Source of the DNA: Lagopus muta
Lineage: Eukaryota
Length of the DNA: 64,000 nt
Assembly (NCBI RefSeq): GCF_023343835.1
Contig: NC_064433.1
Coordinates: 177,435,076-177,499,075 of the forward strand
Reading direction: 5' to 3'
Position numbers and translations under genes: made by a program
The notes under the pieces: generated by a model
What the model was told of the DNA's origin: nothing
Seen by the model: the letters and a program-made list of their open reading frames with translations, nothing else
Databases searched by the model: none
Part shown: in pieces, positions 48,615-60,093 of the stretch
How the letters are laid out: each line of letters begins with the position of its first letter
Numbering within the stretch: position 1 is the first letter of the stretch

Positions 48615-49356
48615 CTGTAAAATCTGGAATAGAATCAGAACAATTAAAACCACACGTACCCAGTAAATACTGTGCTATTACAGGCTGCAACATCACATCC
48701 TACGGTAAGAATTAATGTAAGAACATGAAATTATTTTTAAGCCACAAAATAACAACAAAAAAGTTTTAAGAAATAAAATCCCATACTGCCAAGCTGCTGA
48801 CCCACACAAGGAGGCACAAGTGTCTGGTGTGAACCTGAAGATAATAAACTCGATTTCAGACCTCATTCTTTAGAAACACTTTGGAAGCAACAAAGAAATG
48901 GATTTCCACTGATTGATTGCATGTTAATTTTTTTAACAGCTTGGTCAGCATCAGCTATCTGTGGTGTCCAGTGCTAAGCCCTCCCTCATTCTTAACTCTC
49001 ACATTAGGATACGTGATGTAATCATATCATTCAGCATCAGAACATTTAGATTAAACACAAATTCTAGTACATTCCTGGAGAGTAGCTAAATACCTTCTTT
49101 AACATTGAACAGCAGCCTCTGAAAGTGAAAGCTGCATTTTATAAATAGATTTAAAAACAGGAGTGTTGGAGCTGGCTCTGTTCTTTTATTTCTACATAGG
49201 TATAGAAAATGAAAAAAGCTTTTTCCTCCCCTGCACTGTTTTTAAGGTAATGAATCATCTCTGATGCTGAAACAGAACGGAAAGTGTATTTTTTTCTTTT
49301 ATATAATTATCTACATAGCTGTATCAATATACATCTTTAATTTTGTATTATTTTAC

Positions 49357-49480
49357 CTGAGAGTTCCCACTTTGAATTCAATTCTCTTGTCACTTTCTCC
49401 TATAACAGTAAGATTGGTATCATTGCTTTCATTTTGATTTGTGGCAATTTTATTTTCAGAAGGTGACAAGTCTTCCAAAC
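49357..49480 (-). CDS. PARP4: PARP4 exon.
   Basis: (G)LEDLSPSENKIATNQNESNDTNLTVIGESDKRIEFKVGTL(S). Acceptor ttgattgcag|GT, donor AG|GTAAAA. It matches human GLCPDSATEEEDTVELTEFGM approximately. Its phase links exons 2 and 4 exactly. Confidence 0.6.
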
Positions 49481-49499
49481 CTGCAATCAAAACCTTTAT

Positions 49500-50200
49500 T
49501 TACTTCATATGATATGGCTTCACTAATTTAACATAACCTATGATCACCTGCCTTGATCTGCTGGTGATACTTTGCCTAATGCAGCCAAGAATGCTGTTAG
49601 CCTTCTTGGCAGCAAGGGCATACTGATGGCTCACATTCAACGTGTTGTGTACCAGGACCCTGGGTTCTGTTCTGTAAAGCTGTTTTCCAGCTGGGCAACC
49701 CCCAGCATGTACTGGTGCACAGGGTTCTTCCCACTCAGGTGCAGACTTATTGAACCTCAGCTTCCTGTCAGCCTGTTTCTCCAATCTGATCAGGTCTCTC
49801 TGATGACAGCATGACTCTGGTCTATCAGCTGTTCCCCTCAGTTTTGTGTAACCAGCAAACTCGCTGAGGATACATTCTGCCCCATCATCCAGATCATTAA
49901 TGAAGGTGCTGAAGAGGACTGGCCAACATATTGACCACTGAGGCACTCTGCTCCTTGCTGGCCTCCAACAAGACTTTGCACAACAGGTCCTCCAGGCCTG
50001 GTCATTCAGTTTTTGATTCACCTCACTATCCAGACCATAATTCAACAGCTACTCTATGAGAACATTATAGGAAGAAGTGTCAAAGGCCTTACTGAAGTCT
50101 ACACAGACAACAGCAACTGCGCATCTTTCATTTATGAGACCAATCATTTCATTTCAGAAGCTTATCAAACGGGTTAGGCACGACATCCCCGTGACGAATC
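49500..50200 (-). mobile_element. CR1 fragment (reverse-transcriptase region).
   Basis: Minus-strand ORF with ...LAAKKANSILGCIRQSITSRSRQVI..., the CR1 ORF2 RT motif. Confidence 0.55.
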
Positions 50201-50436
50201 CATGCGAATAACCCCTGATGGCTTTCTTGTCCTTCAAGCATTCAGGAATGGTTTCTAGGATTAAATTCCTCCAACACATTTCCACCTTTGTTTTCAGAAA
50301 AAATCGTATTTATGTCACCTTTATTTCCAGTGTTTATGGCTGCTGATTTCCTAAAAGTGTATTTGAAATACTGACTTCCTAAAACATTATTTCCCAAACT
50401 AACAAGTAAATAGATAAACCATGCAAACACACCTAC

Positions 50437-50632
50437 CATGTCCACCTGGCCATTGGTTAGAAATGTTGCCTTGTGATGTATTAACCTCAAATGCATCAGT
50501 TATTAAAAGCTTCTCATTTTCAACTGATTTCCAGACAAAATCTGCATATAAAACAGGCAGCTGATATTTCTGAGTAATTTTTAGATCGTGACGACTGAGG
50601 ACACTGGCATTATCCACAAGAACATGTGTACA
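50437..50632 (-). CDS. PARP4: PARP4 coding exon 2 (end of the BRCT domain).
   Basis: CTHVLVDNASVLSRHDLKITQKYQLPVLYADFVWKSVENEKLLITDAFEVNTSQGNISNQWPGGH(G). Acceptor ctttcag|TGT, donor G|GTAGGT. It matches human QCTHIILDNADVLSQYQLNSIQKNHVHIANPDFIWKSIREKRLLDVKNYDPYK. Confidence 0.7.
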
Positions 50633-51699
50633 CTGAAAGACAAGTTACAATTAGAATCGTTATGCACACAAAACTAGTGTTAATCCAAACATTGTTTATT
50701 TGCAATTCATGCTGGTAAAATCCTACAGTGTAAAGGAAACATTTAAAAACACAACATTCTTGGACAGGATTTTAATTGAAACATCTAATTTAGAGACAAA
50801 ATACCTCTGCATTTCCTCCACAGTCAGCAGAGAGGATTCTTTCAGATGACAGCTCAGATGAGCTAAAATATATGTAAGTTGCCTTGAGAGTATTGCCTCC
50901 TATTTATTTTCATGGAAACTACAGCAGATACCAAAAGCACAATAATACTATTCGATAGAGCAAATTCTCAGCTACAAAACATTATTTTTCAACATAGTCA
51001 CCATCATGAGATACGCATTTTTGTCAGTGAGGACAAGAGCTTACATGCTGCTCTTGTAAAAATCTGCACCAGCAGAGGCAGCCCACTGCTGCTGTCACCA
51101 CTGCTGAAATGCACCACCCACCACCTCACTGTACTCACATCAACTGTTTGCTCTCCAGAAACATTCAGCAAGCATTGATTAATTGAAAGGCCCACCTTTG
51201 CACTTCCATGTCAGATGCCATTCTGACAGACTGCCCCCTGCTGCCATCTGTCACATGGCAACAAATGCAATGGAATATTGGTGGGAAGGTTCAGCCTCTA
51301 CTGTCGTACTACTAGCATCAGTCTCTGATGTTGTGGGCCAGCATAATACAGGAGACATTACTTCCAGAGCAGCTCTTGTATGTAACTTCCATCACTGTGC
51401 AGTAACTACAGAGACTGAGGGTGACCAGGCGTCTAATGTTCTGCAGAACTTTTAGAGCACACAGGAGGTCCAATAATGGGGCAAGCTCTATAGCAGCTGA
51501 CTAGTTACAAACCAAAAGCTCTTTGGGAGAATGGTAAAAAAGCTGGTTAGGGTCCTTTAGAATCATAACATGCTTTGGTAGCTTTGTAAGGGTCCTTACA
51601 GCGCTTTACTGGAATCATACATATGCTGAAAGTTAAAACTATCCACATAATTTCAACAGTAGAGTCATGTCCTGGTAGGAGAAACTGAGGACATCTGGG

Positions 51700-51995
51700 T
51701 TGTCCAGCATGGAGGAGGCCAAGATGTGACCTCATTTGTCTCTGTAGCTCCCTGAGGAGGGGATGCAGAGGGAGATAGGTGCTGGGCTCTGCTCCTGGAA
51801 GCAGCACAAAGCTGTACCAAGGGAGGGTCAGACTGGGCATTATGAGACATTTCTGCACTGTGAGGGTGGACAGACACTGGAACAAGCTTCCTAGAGAGAT
51901 GGGTGATGCTCTTTGGCTGCCAGTGTTTGAGGTGCATTTGGATAATAGTCTCAATTATATGCTCTATTTCCTGGTTACACAGGAAAAAACCCTTC
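51700..51995 (+). mobile_element. CR1 3' fragment in PARP4 intron 1.
   Basis: ORF2 C-terminus ...RHFCTVRVDRHWNKLPREMGDALWLPVFEVHLDNSLNYML. Confidence 0.6.
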
Positions 51996-52210
51996 CTGGT
52001 TCTTTTGGAGAGAGAGAATATTGCTTTTATTTTTTATTTATTTTTAAGGAGACATTTCAGTACTACAGAGATAGATGAATTGGAAGCATAAGCAGAATAT
52101 TTCCAGTGAAATATTGAACAGAGAAATATTTCTCTATATGAAGAACTCCATAATACTTTCAACATTTGGTATTTTCCTTCAGAGATCTCAGAAATGAATC
52201 TGGAACTTAC

Positions 52211-52336
52211 TTTGTTATTAAGCACAAAATTAATTACTCCACCATTTTCTGTTATGCATGCTTTCAGGCTGTTCCTCTTCTGAATGGGCAAGTGCTTCAC
52301 TTTAATAAAGAACACACAGTTTGCAAAGATTGTCAT
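52211..52336 (-). CDS. PARP4: PARP4 first coding exon (start codon at 52334-52336).
   Basis: MTIFANCVFFIKVKHLPIQKRNSLKACITENGGVINFVLNNK, then GTAAGT. It matches the human PARP4 N-terminus MVMGIFANCIFCLKVKYLPQQQKKKLQTDIKENGGKFSFSLN. Confidence 0.7.
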
Positions 52337-54369
52337 TGCTCTCCTGTTAAAACAGAGAAGGGTTTGTTTTTTTCTTTTGTCTAAGAAATCTTTATTTCCT
52401 ACCACCCACCTAAGATTTTACTTATGGAGAGAGAACAACATAATTCATTTGAATTTGGGGTTCCAAGAAAACCTAGAAAATCATCGCTATCAGATGCATT
52501 TCTATATATGCCTGTGTAATCTGAACTATAGGAAAGGCCAAATCAACTACTGCCCTATGCATCTGAGAGAACCAGCAATGTGCTGGTTGAGGTGAGGCAT
52601 ATAGCAGCTCGAGGATCAAAGAGCACATTAAATTGTTATATACTTGTATTTTGTGCCTCTTGTGTTTTACTGTCTGGCATTAGCAGTACATGTGTCATAA
52701 AGTACTCTCTGCTCATGCACAGAATAAACCCTGTAACTCTTTTTTCCATAAGGAGGAGGTTTTCACAAGATACTACATTATCTGAGATGCTAACAATCTT
52801 TTAAGATGCAGACTTATAACTTGGCTCAAGTAGATTAATTTGAGTCACATACAAAAGAAAATGTGCCACTGCCAAAAGCTTCCGATATTAAAAGCGTAGA
52901 GGGCACTGCCTCCTTTTGCACCGATCTCTGCATGCACTGACTTCGCTGCAAATTCTCTACAGCAGACTCTGGACATTGCTGAAATTTCCACAGAAGTCAC
53001 CTCCTCAGGAAATAATGGATTCCATTTGCACAGCCTAACCCAAAAGATTATTAGGAGGTTATTGAAATACATACAAGCCGTCACAAGCCCTGCCAACACA
53101 GTCCTGGAAACTCAAGAAGCAACTGAATTGTTTGTGGTGCAAAACTCCACAAAAATATTTTATATGACACTTCCTTATGAAAGTTATACTGCTAAGGACT
53201 AGGAACAAATACTGAGAGAACTGATCTGTAAGTAAACTTTAAATGAGCCAGTAAGAGGAAAGGAAAGCTTGAGGGAAGGGCAGATTCACTTCCTCAAAGT
53301 TTGCCTGCAAAGTGAAGTTCCCCCCACCTAGCAAACAAAGCTTGTCTCTGCTCCCAGCGTGACAGCTGTCCAATGACTCCTGATCCCACTTCTCTCTGTA
53401 TGTTTTAGGTGAAAGATGGCACTCACCTGCTCAGGCAGTTCCCTGCCTGAAGGACCTTCTGCTTCCCCAGTAGAGTGAGGTGCAAGGGAAGAGCCTCAGT
53501 GGTGGGAGGGAGGATGGGCTAAGGCAGCTCACACCCACCTGAACATCGTCCGAGGGGACAGCAGCAACAGTTGTGACCCTGACAAATAAACAAACCGAGT
53601 GACCAAGTGACGTGCAGCCTTCTGCGGAATAAGGAACACTAACACTTCCGGGGCTTGAGGGAGGAGGAAACTCACTGTTAAAGTGCAAGTGAACTTTGAA
53701 AGATGCTCCAGACAGCAGGAAGTAAAGCTGAAACCTCTTTAGTCTGTACCCAGCAGCTTTTCTTTCTGCTGAGTGAAGTAAGCTTTATTCCCTCTCATTG
53801 CTGATGAATGCTGCCACCCAATATTAGCCTCTCTTCTTTAGCCAATTTCCCCTGAGGATCAAACTTATCAAGGAATTTTAGCAAAGTGTTTGTCTTACTC
53901 TTCTTGAACTGCAGTTTCCAGAATTCAAAATCAGAATAGAAAACGACAACATTTAATGTGAGAGTGAAGAATGGTGAACAGTTTTATAACTGGAATAAGG
54001 CGCTGATGCAGCACTAGGTAAGAAGCTGTGCAATGGAGAGTTGCTGACAACTGTCACTGGTTTAATTCTTGCAGTTTTAATTTATCTCAGTGGAGATCCA
54101 TAATTCCCTAATGACCTCAGAAGAATTTCACACAGGTACATGAGCTTGTAATTATGATTGGCTTGCAAGTTTGGGATCATCATTAGAGATAGATTACGCT
54201 TTTGACAGAGGAGAGCACCAAAGAGAATTTTGTCCTCATTCAAAAATAGACGAAGAATAACCTGCAACTCAATGTGGGCCTTCAGTGTGCAGGGATACTG
54301 AATTTTCATGAGGATGTTAATGCATTAAAGGTGACGTTGTGCTTGAAAAGGAAGGGGTAGAAATCCTTG

Positions 54370-54402
<33 letters not shown>

Positions 54403-55189
54403 TGTTTTTAATATATATTTCCAGCACTGTAGCTTCCCACTCTTAATGCAGAACTCAGCTTCAGGAAAGCTGTGCAGGTGATATATTCATAACTGGCTTA
54501 AGTGCAGGAAAGGTGATGGGAAGTTTGGAAAGAGCCACAGCTGATGTGAGATTTAGCAGTTGGCAGCTGAAAGAGCTGCCCTGGTTTTATGCAGCCGGGA
54601 GCTCGGTCCTGTACCAACGTGCAAAGAGGAGCAAAACCCGGCTCTAGCTGGCAATGTGTCACCAGGCTTTGGAGTGAGATTCTCCACTGTTTGCTGGAGC
54701 TCTGAGGAAACTGTTTTGCTCAGTAAGAGAATTCCTAAAGAGCAAAATGTCAAAAACTCTCTGGTGATGGTGACAGAACGTGAGGGAATGGCACAGAGCT
54801 GTGTTGGGGTGAGGGGCAGGTCAGGTTGGGAGTCTGGAAAAGGTTTTTCAACATAGATTAATGGAGTATCCTGAATTGAGAGGGGTCCGTAAGGATCACT
54901 GAGCCTAACTCCTGGATCTGCACAGGAACAGCCTGCCCAGGGCAGTGGGCACAGCTCTGAGCTGCCAGAGCTCAGGGAGCGTTTGGACAGTGCTTCCAGA
55001 CATTGGGACTGGCTTTTGGGTGGTCCTCTGTGGAGCCAGGGGTTGGACTCAGTGATCCTTATGGGCCCCTTCCCATTGGGAAGGATGGAAAGAAGCCCAG
55101 GTGGTTCAATGACTCCGTAGGCTTTCTGCCACTTATCCTTCCACTCCACCCTTACTGCAGCTATTTAAAATTAAAAGGGCAGAGGCAGC

Positions 55190-55900
55190 TACAAGGAAAG
55201 CACGCTGAAAGCGCACAGCCCCGCCCGCCCAGCAAAGGCACGGCTAGCGCAGATTGCGGGTTCGTTCCGCGGTCGCCTCCTCACTGCCGCCCCCACAGGG
55301 CGGGAAGGCGGGGAGCGGCCCCTCCCCCAGCAACGGGGCGGGGCAGGCATCACCGCCTTCGTGCGCCTGCCCCCGCCCCTCAGAGGCCTAGGCAGGGCTG
55401 GAGGGTTTGCAGTGTCAACCTATTAACGGCATCCTCGCCGCTGAGCATTTTGGGAGCTGTAGTCGAGCGCAGAGAGATCGCTACGGGGCTGCAGGAGGCG
55501 GGCGGCGGCTGGGGACTACAAATCCCGGCGTGCCCCGCGCCGCGCGGCGTCCAGCCTGTGGCGGCGGGAGGCTGTGCTATGGCGGCGCGTTTGTAACTGC
55601 GAGCGGCGGGAGGTCGCGGCGCTGAGTGGCGGCGCTGCTGCGGCGGCGGCCTCGGCTTCGGCCATTTGGAATATTACGCTCTGGGGAAGCTTTGAGCGTT
55701 TCGAAATCTGCTCGTACGGAGTTCTGTAGGAGTTCCGGAAGGGTTCCTGTGGGGATCCCGAAGTGCCGCCGGGCGGTGATGGTGGTGGGAAGAGGAGTGA
55801 GAAGCGAACGCGCAGCTGTTTGTGGAGTTACCGCGGGAAGGTTAAGTGCGAGTTGAAATATGCACAGTAAACCGATCGTGTTCACTTGGGCATCTCTGCG
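55190..55900. promoter_or_regulatory. CENPJ: CpG island at the CENPJ 5' end. It is probably a bidirectional promoter that also serves PARP4.
   Basis: CpG density is very high, with several GC boxes (CCCCGCCC at about 55222 and GGGGCGGGG at about 55336). It lies immediately upstream of the CENPJ first coding exon. No other CpG island exists near the PARP4 5' end. Confidence 0.6.
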
Positions 55901-56151
55901 GCGTTGCATTAGTACGAGGATTTGTGGCTTGACTGCTTCTTATAAACACGATCGGCTGGTTTTAAGAGTGACTTCCCGATGCTGGGAGTCTCTTCCTGTA
56001 GATTTTTTTCTTTTATCTGCTTAATTTCTCGGAGCTAAAAACAAGTGAGCATCCACCCCTGATACTTGTGACTGCACCTTTTACTCCCCTGGCGCTACAC
56101 TATGTTATGTTAATGCTGCATCAGCAATTGCGTTGGAATGTAATTTACAGG

Positions 56152-56541
56152 ATGCCGACTGTTGAAGAGCTGAGTAGTGAACAAAACTTCATTGCACACT
56201 GGATGTCCAGTAATTCCCGTGCTGGTGTCTTATTAGATCCTCATTTTACTGGATTAAAAATCACCACAGAAAGTCTGTTACCTGGACCTGAAAGCATCAC
56301 GGCTTTCCCCGGTGAAGTGCAGAATCTCTTAGACAGCTGTTCTGTAAGTGAGGACTCCTTGAGTGAAGAGCAATTGCTTGAGTCTGGCAGCTCCTGTGCA
56401 CTTCAGCAAAATAGCACTGAAATGTCTTTTCCAGCAACAGCATATAATGTAGGAAGCTCTAAAGCAGACTTCGGCCACAGTGAAAAGGATGCTCAGAATA
56501 AATCTGATTGCAATGATCCTCTCTTACAAAAGCTTGAACAG
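56152..56541 (+). CDS. CENPJ: CENPJ first coding exon (ATG at 56152, two nt after the acceptor tttacag|G at 56150/56151).
   Basis: MPTVEELSSEQNFIAHWMSSNSRAGVLLDPHFTGLKITTESLLPGPESITAFPGEV...NDPLLQKLEQ (130 codons), then GTAATA. It matches the human CENPJ N-terminus ([32 protein letters not shown]...DPLFKKLEQ). Confidence 0.8.
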
Positions 56542-56609
56542 GTAATAAATTTTAAAAATTCTAGAATTTCTTGATATTCATAAATTAAGGTATATTTTGT
56601 TCCTGTGCA

Positions 56610-57010
56610 TCCATGGAATGGAACACCTCTCCTATGAGAACAGGCTGAGAGAGCTGGGGCTGTTCAGCCTGGAGAAGAGAAGGCTTTCAGTATCTAAAGA
56701 GGAGCTACAGGAAAGAAGGGGACAGATTCTTTAGTGGGGTATGTGAAATTAGAACAAGGAGAAATGGCTTCAAGCTTAAAGAGGGGAGATTTAGGTTGGA
56801 TTTAAGGAAAAAGGCTTTAACAGTGGGGGTGGTGAGGCACTGGCACAGGTTGCCCAGAGATGTTGTTGATGCCCCATCCCTGGAGACTTTCAGGGTAAGG
56901 CTGGATCAGGCCCTGGGCAATCTGATCGAGCTGTGCATGTCTCTGTTTGTTGCAGGGGAGCTGGACAGATAAAAGAAACTTTAAAGGGCCTTTCCAACTC
57001 TAAGTAGATT
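56610..57010 (+). mobile_element. CR1 3' fragment in a CENPJ intron.
   Basis: ...[20 protein letters not shown]...KLKEGRFRLDLRKKALTVGVVRHWHRLPRDVVDAPSLETFRVRLDQALGNLIEL. Confidence 0.75.
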
Positions 57011-57468
57011 CTAGTATTCTATAATTTTTCATACCTGAAAGTATCTGTAGAACATAAGCTTAAAGAGCAAGCCCTGAGTCAGTTACGTGTCAGTTGCGTA
57101 AAGATTAGTGTCCTCCTCATAACATACTGTTATTGAGAGCCTCGTTGGTTTTCATAGGCACAGATTTCAGTTCAAAATGAAATTATGTTTAGCGCCAGCA
57201 TATTTGCTCTTAGAATCTTCTTACCTCAAAAGGTGAACATTTCCCAAATTGCAGAAATGAGAGTTCTGTTATCTACTATTTGTGGATTGGTCGATTAAAA
57301 ACTAGTGGCTTGGAGTGCACTAGAAACAGCATGAATTTCATTCATCAAAGCACTTTGTATGCAATGTGTCATGTTACAGTTAGATAATGGGATGTCTTTA
57401 AAACTTGTTGTCTTGATGATGCTTATGTTTTGGTGCATTCTAAGTATACTTACCCCACAGTACATTGA

Positions 57469-57491
57469 TTTTTTTTTTTTTTTTTTTTTTT
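57469..57491. repeat. Poly(T) homopolymer of 23 nt that forms the polypyrimidine tract of the CENPJ exon 57507 acceptor.
   Basis: Uninterrupted T run, followed by aaatttcttaaaaag|CTG. Confidence 0.9.
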
Positions 57492-57506
57492 AAATTTCTT
57501 AAAAAG

Positions 57507-57630
57507 CTGAAGGAATTGCAACAACAGAAACAGGAACAGCTAAAGAAACAACAGATGGAGCAACTTCAAAGGCTAATGGAAGAACAGCAGAAGTTACTTA
57601 GCATGGTATCTGGTCAGACGGCAGTTCTTG
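57507..57630 (+). CDS. CENPJ: CENPJ exon.
   Basis: [41 protein letters not shown](G). Acceptor (T)23aaatttcttaaaaag|CTG, donor G|GTAAGT. It matches human [37 protein letters not shown]. Confidence 0.75.
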
Positions 57631-57649
57631 GTAAGTTGAGAAATAAAGC

Positions 57650-57875
57650 ATAGGATCACAGAATCATAGAATGGCCTGGGTTGAAAAGGATCACAATGAT
57701 CATCGGGTTTCAACCCCCTGCTATGTGCAGGGCTGCCAACCACCAGACCAGGCTGCCCAGAGCCACATCCAGCCTGGCCTTGAATGCCTCCAGAGATGGG
57801 GCATCCACAGCCTCCTTGGGCAACCTGTTCCAGTGCATCACCACCCTCTGAGTGGAAAAAATGTGTACTTTATTA
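57650..57875 (-). mobile_element. CR1 3' fragment in a CENPJ intron.
   Basis: Reverse-complement CR1 tail (ggatcacagaatcatagaatggcctgggttgaaaaggatcacaatgatcatc...). Confidence 0.7.
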
Positions 57876-58900
57876 AACTGAAGAATGTGATCTATTGTTC
57901 TTGTTTAAGTTAGAAAGTATATTCAGTGTTCATTTTAAGACTACTTGATTAGTCAAAGATAAATGCATCATTTTAATGACTGCTGTGTGGTACTGCTAAA
58001 GGAATGCTATCCTTTTGCCAACTTTCATTGTAATTAATGATGGGAGCCCTTGTTTTGAAGAAAATATCGTAAATATAAAAGACAAAATAGGCAGTTGCAT
58101 TTCTTTCAATACTTCTGATTGCTTTAAGCTATCACTGTATCCAAATGAGGTGGTGCCTCCTTGTTTGTGCTCACAGTACATGTTTTCCCATGTGATGATC
58201 TCAATGAGACTGGGGAACTCATCTGTACTGAGAAACAAACATCTGTAACCTGGATCAGTGTTCCAGTCCAATTTAGCTTGTGCACAGGGAGAGGACAGTC
58301 CTGGACTGGAAGAAGCCCCCAGAGTTGAGAGAGGGGCATCTTCTCTTGCAGGTAGTATCAGACCCACCTGATTTAAATGATTATATTTCTTTTACGTAGC
58401 CTATCTGAGAAACTGAAGTTAGGCTTTGAACAAAAACTAAATTGCCTAATGATTTTTTCTGAGTTGGGAACATGAGGATGGAGGCTGGCTCTTGCCCTCC
58501 TGTGTATGTTTATTTTGTTCCTGTGAAACACTGGTTTGTTTGAAGGCTGTACTCTAATGGCTGAAAGTAAAAAGCTAAGCTAAGACCTGGGCATTCATTG
58601 GGCTTGACAAGTTTTTTTGTTTGTTTGTTTGTTACAAATCAGTCATCTGAGTAACAGAATCACAAGGACAACAAAGCTCATGCTCTGAGTAATTGGTCTC
58701 CACATACACAGAACAGTGAAATTATAACAAAAGTTAATGCAGAATGCATCTCATCTTTGGACAACGGTTGTTCAGTACTGTCTGCCTGTAAAAAGCAAGG
58801 CCCCTGAAAATGCAGAACTGCTTGAAAGGCAGTGGAAGTGACAACTATATTGGTTAGGCATTTGGAGAAAAATAATTGGGAGTGTGTGTTCCCTTCCCAT

Positions 58901-58921
58901 CCCCCCCCCCCCCCCCCCCCC
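58901..58921. repeat. Poly(C) homopolymer of 21 nt in a CENPJ intron.
   Basis: cccttcccat(c)21aaagtt. Confidence 0.9.
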
Positions 58922-59960
58922 AAAGTTACTGAGCATAACTCACTGCTTGTAGTGATGCTTGTATACAAATTTTGGTTTCCTTTGCTCAGTATGGTCAGCT
59001 CAGCACCCTCAGTGTTCCTGTGAGTGTTGTTAAAAGCAGCAGGAGGAAAAATCAAGTTCTTCCATCAGCATGATGTGTTTGTCTGTTCTAGTAGGGAAAA
59101 AAATGGCTACTGCTAAAACTTATGTGTGATAAAGACTGGGAAAATGGTAAAATAATGACAGATCCTTGATGGCTGCATTATTTGGTAAGTTAGAATGAAC
59201 TGAAACCGTATTTTCAAGTAGCAATTAGAAAATAGTCCATACGGGGATATAGAATGTCTCCAGACCAACTGTGTTGTGAGGCTAAATAACTGAATTGGAA
59301 TTAGGAATCAAGATGGATTGGCAAAGAGATGCTATGGCATAGTCATAATGTCCTTAGAGTTGGAAGGCTGATGAAGAATTGTTTATACACCAGAAGAAAC
59401 GCACCAGAATTCTTCACCTTTTCCTGTTTCTTAGCTGTACCACTGGCACCGTGTTACCATTTATGCTGTTATGACTGGAATAGCATTTTTGGTTTTAAAT
59501 TTCATAAGGAGTTTGTAAATCTGTAGAGGTTTCAGAGAAAAGAAATGGGAGTGAGTTACAAGCATGAAGTATGATGACAAGCTTTTAATCTTGGTCTAAG
59601 GTGATGTGAAAGGATGAATTGATCTTGATTTTTAAGTATAGCAGACATCCAAGCTTCTGTTATTTTACCTTTAAGCCATAAGTTAGCAAAGATGATGAAT
59701 CAGAATGGAGTGCCAAGGTGTGTGTCTGGGGGAGAAAACTTATACGTGGTTGGATATTGCTTTCAAAGGAGTGCTCAAATTCAAACAAGAGTTAATTTGG
59801 GAAAATCATAGGACTTCTTTTGTGTGGGAATTCAGACTATGTGACCATGAAGCTGTTTTAATCTGGTCTGAATGCCACTTAAATGTAAGCTGAGCTGACT
59901 GTTTGTTTGCATGCTTTTGGGAGGAAAAAAACCCAAATTTGTATTCTGTTGATTTCATAG

Positions 59961-60093
59961 GAAAAAGCATGAGGTGTCCAGAACAAAAGATGGAAAAATT
60001 GATGGAGACTGAAGATCCACCCGTGGATCCTTTCAGTGCGGAACTCCCTGAGAACAGAGGAAAACAGTTATGGGTGACTAATGCAGAGGAAAG
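59961..60093 (+). CDS. CENPJ: CENPJ exon.
   Basis: (G)KSMRCPEQKMEKLMETEDPPVDPFSAELPENRGKQLWVTNAEE(R). Acceptor gatttcatag|GA, donor AG|GTAATT. Its phase links the flanking exons exactly. Confidence 0.65.

Noticed and set aside
55003-55909. ORFs 55003..55596 +, 55407..55625 +, 55577..55909 - and 55626..55856 + across the CENPJ CpG island.
   Set aside because: These are GC-rich open frames with no recognisable domains. They span promoter and 5'UTR sequence and do not connect in phase to the CENPJ coding exons.
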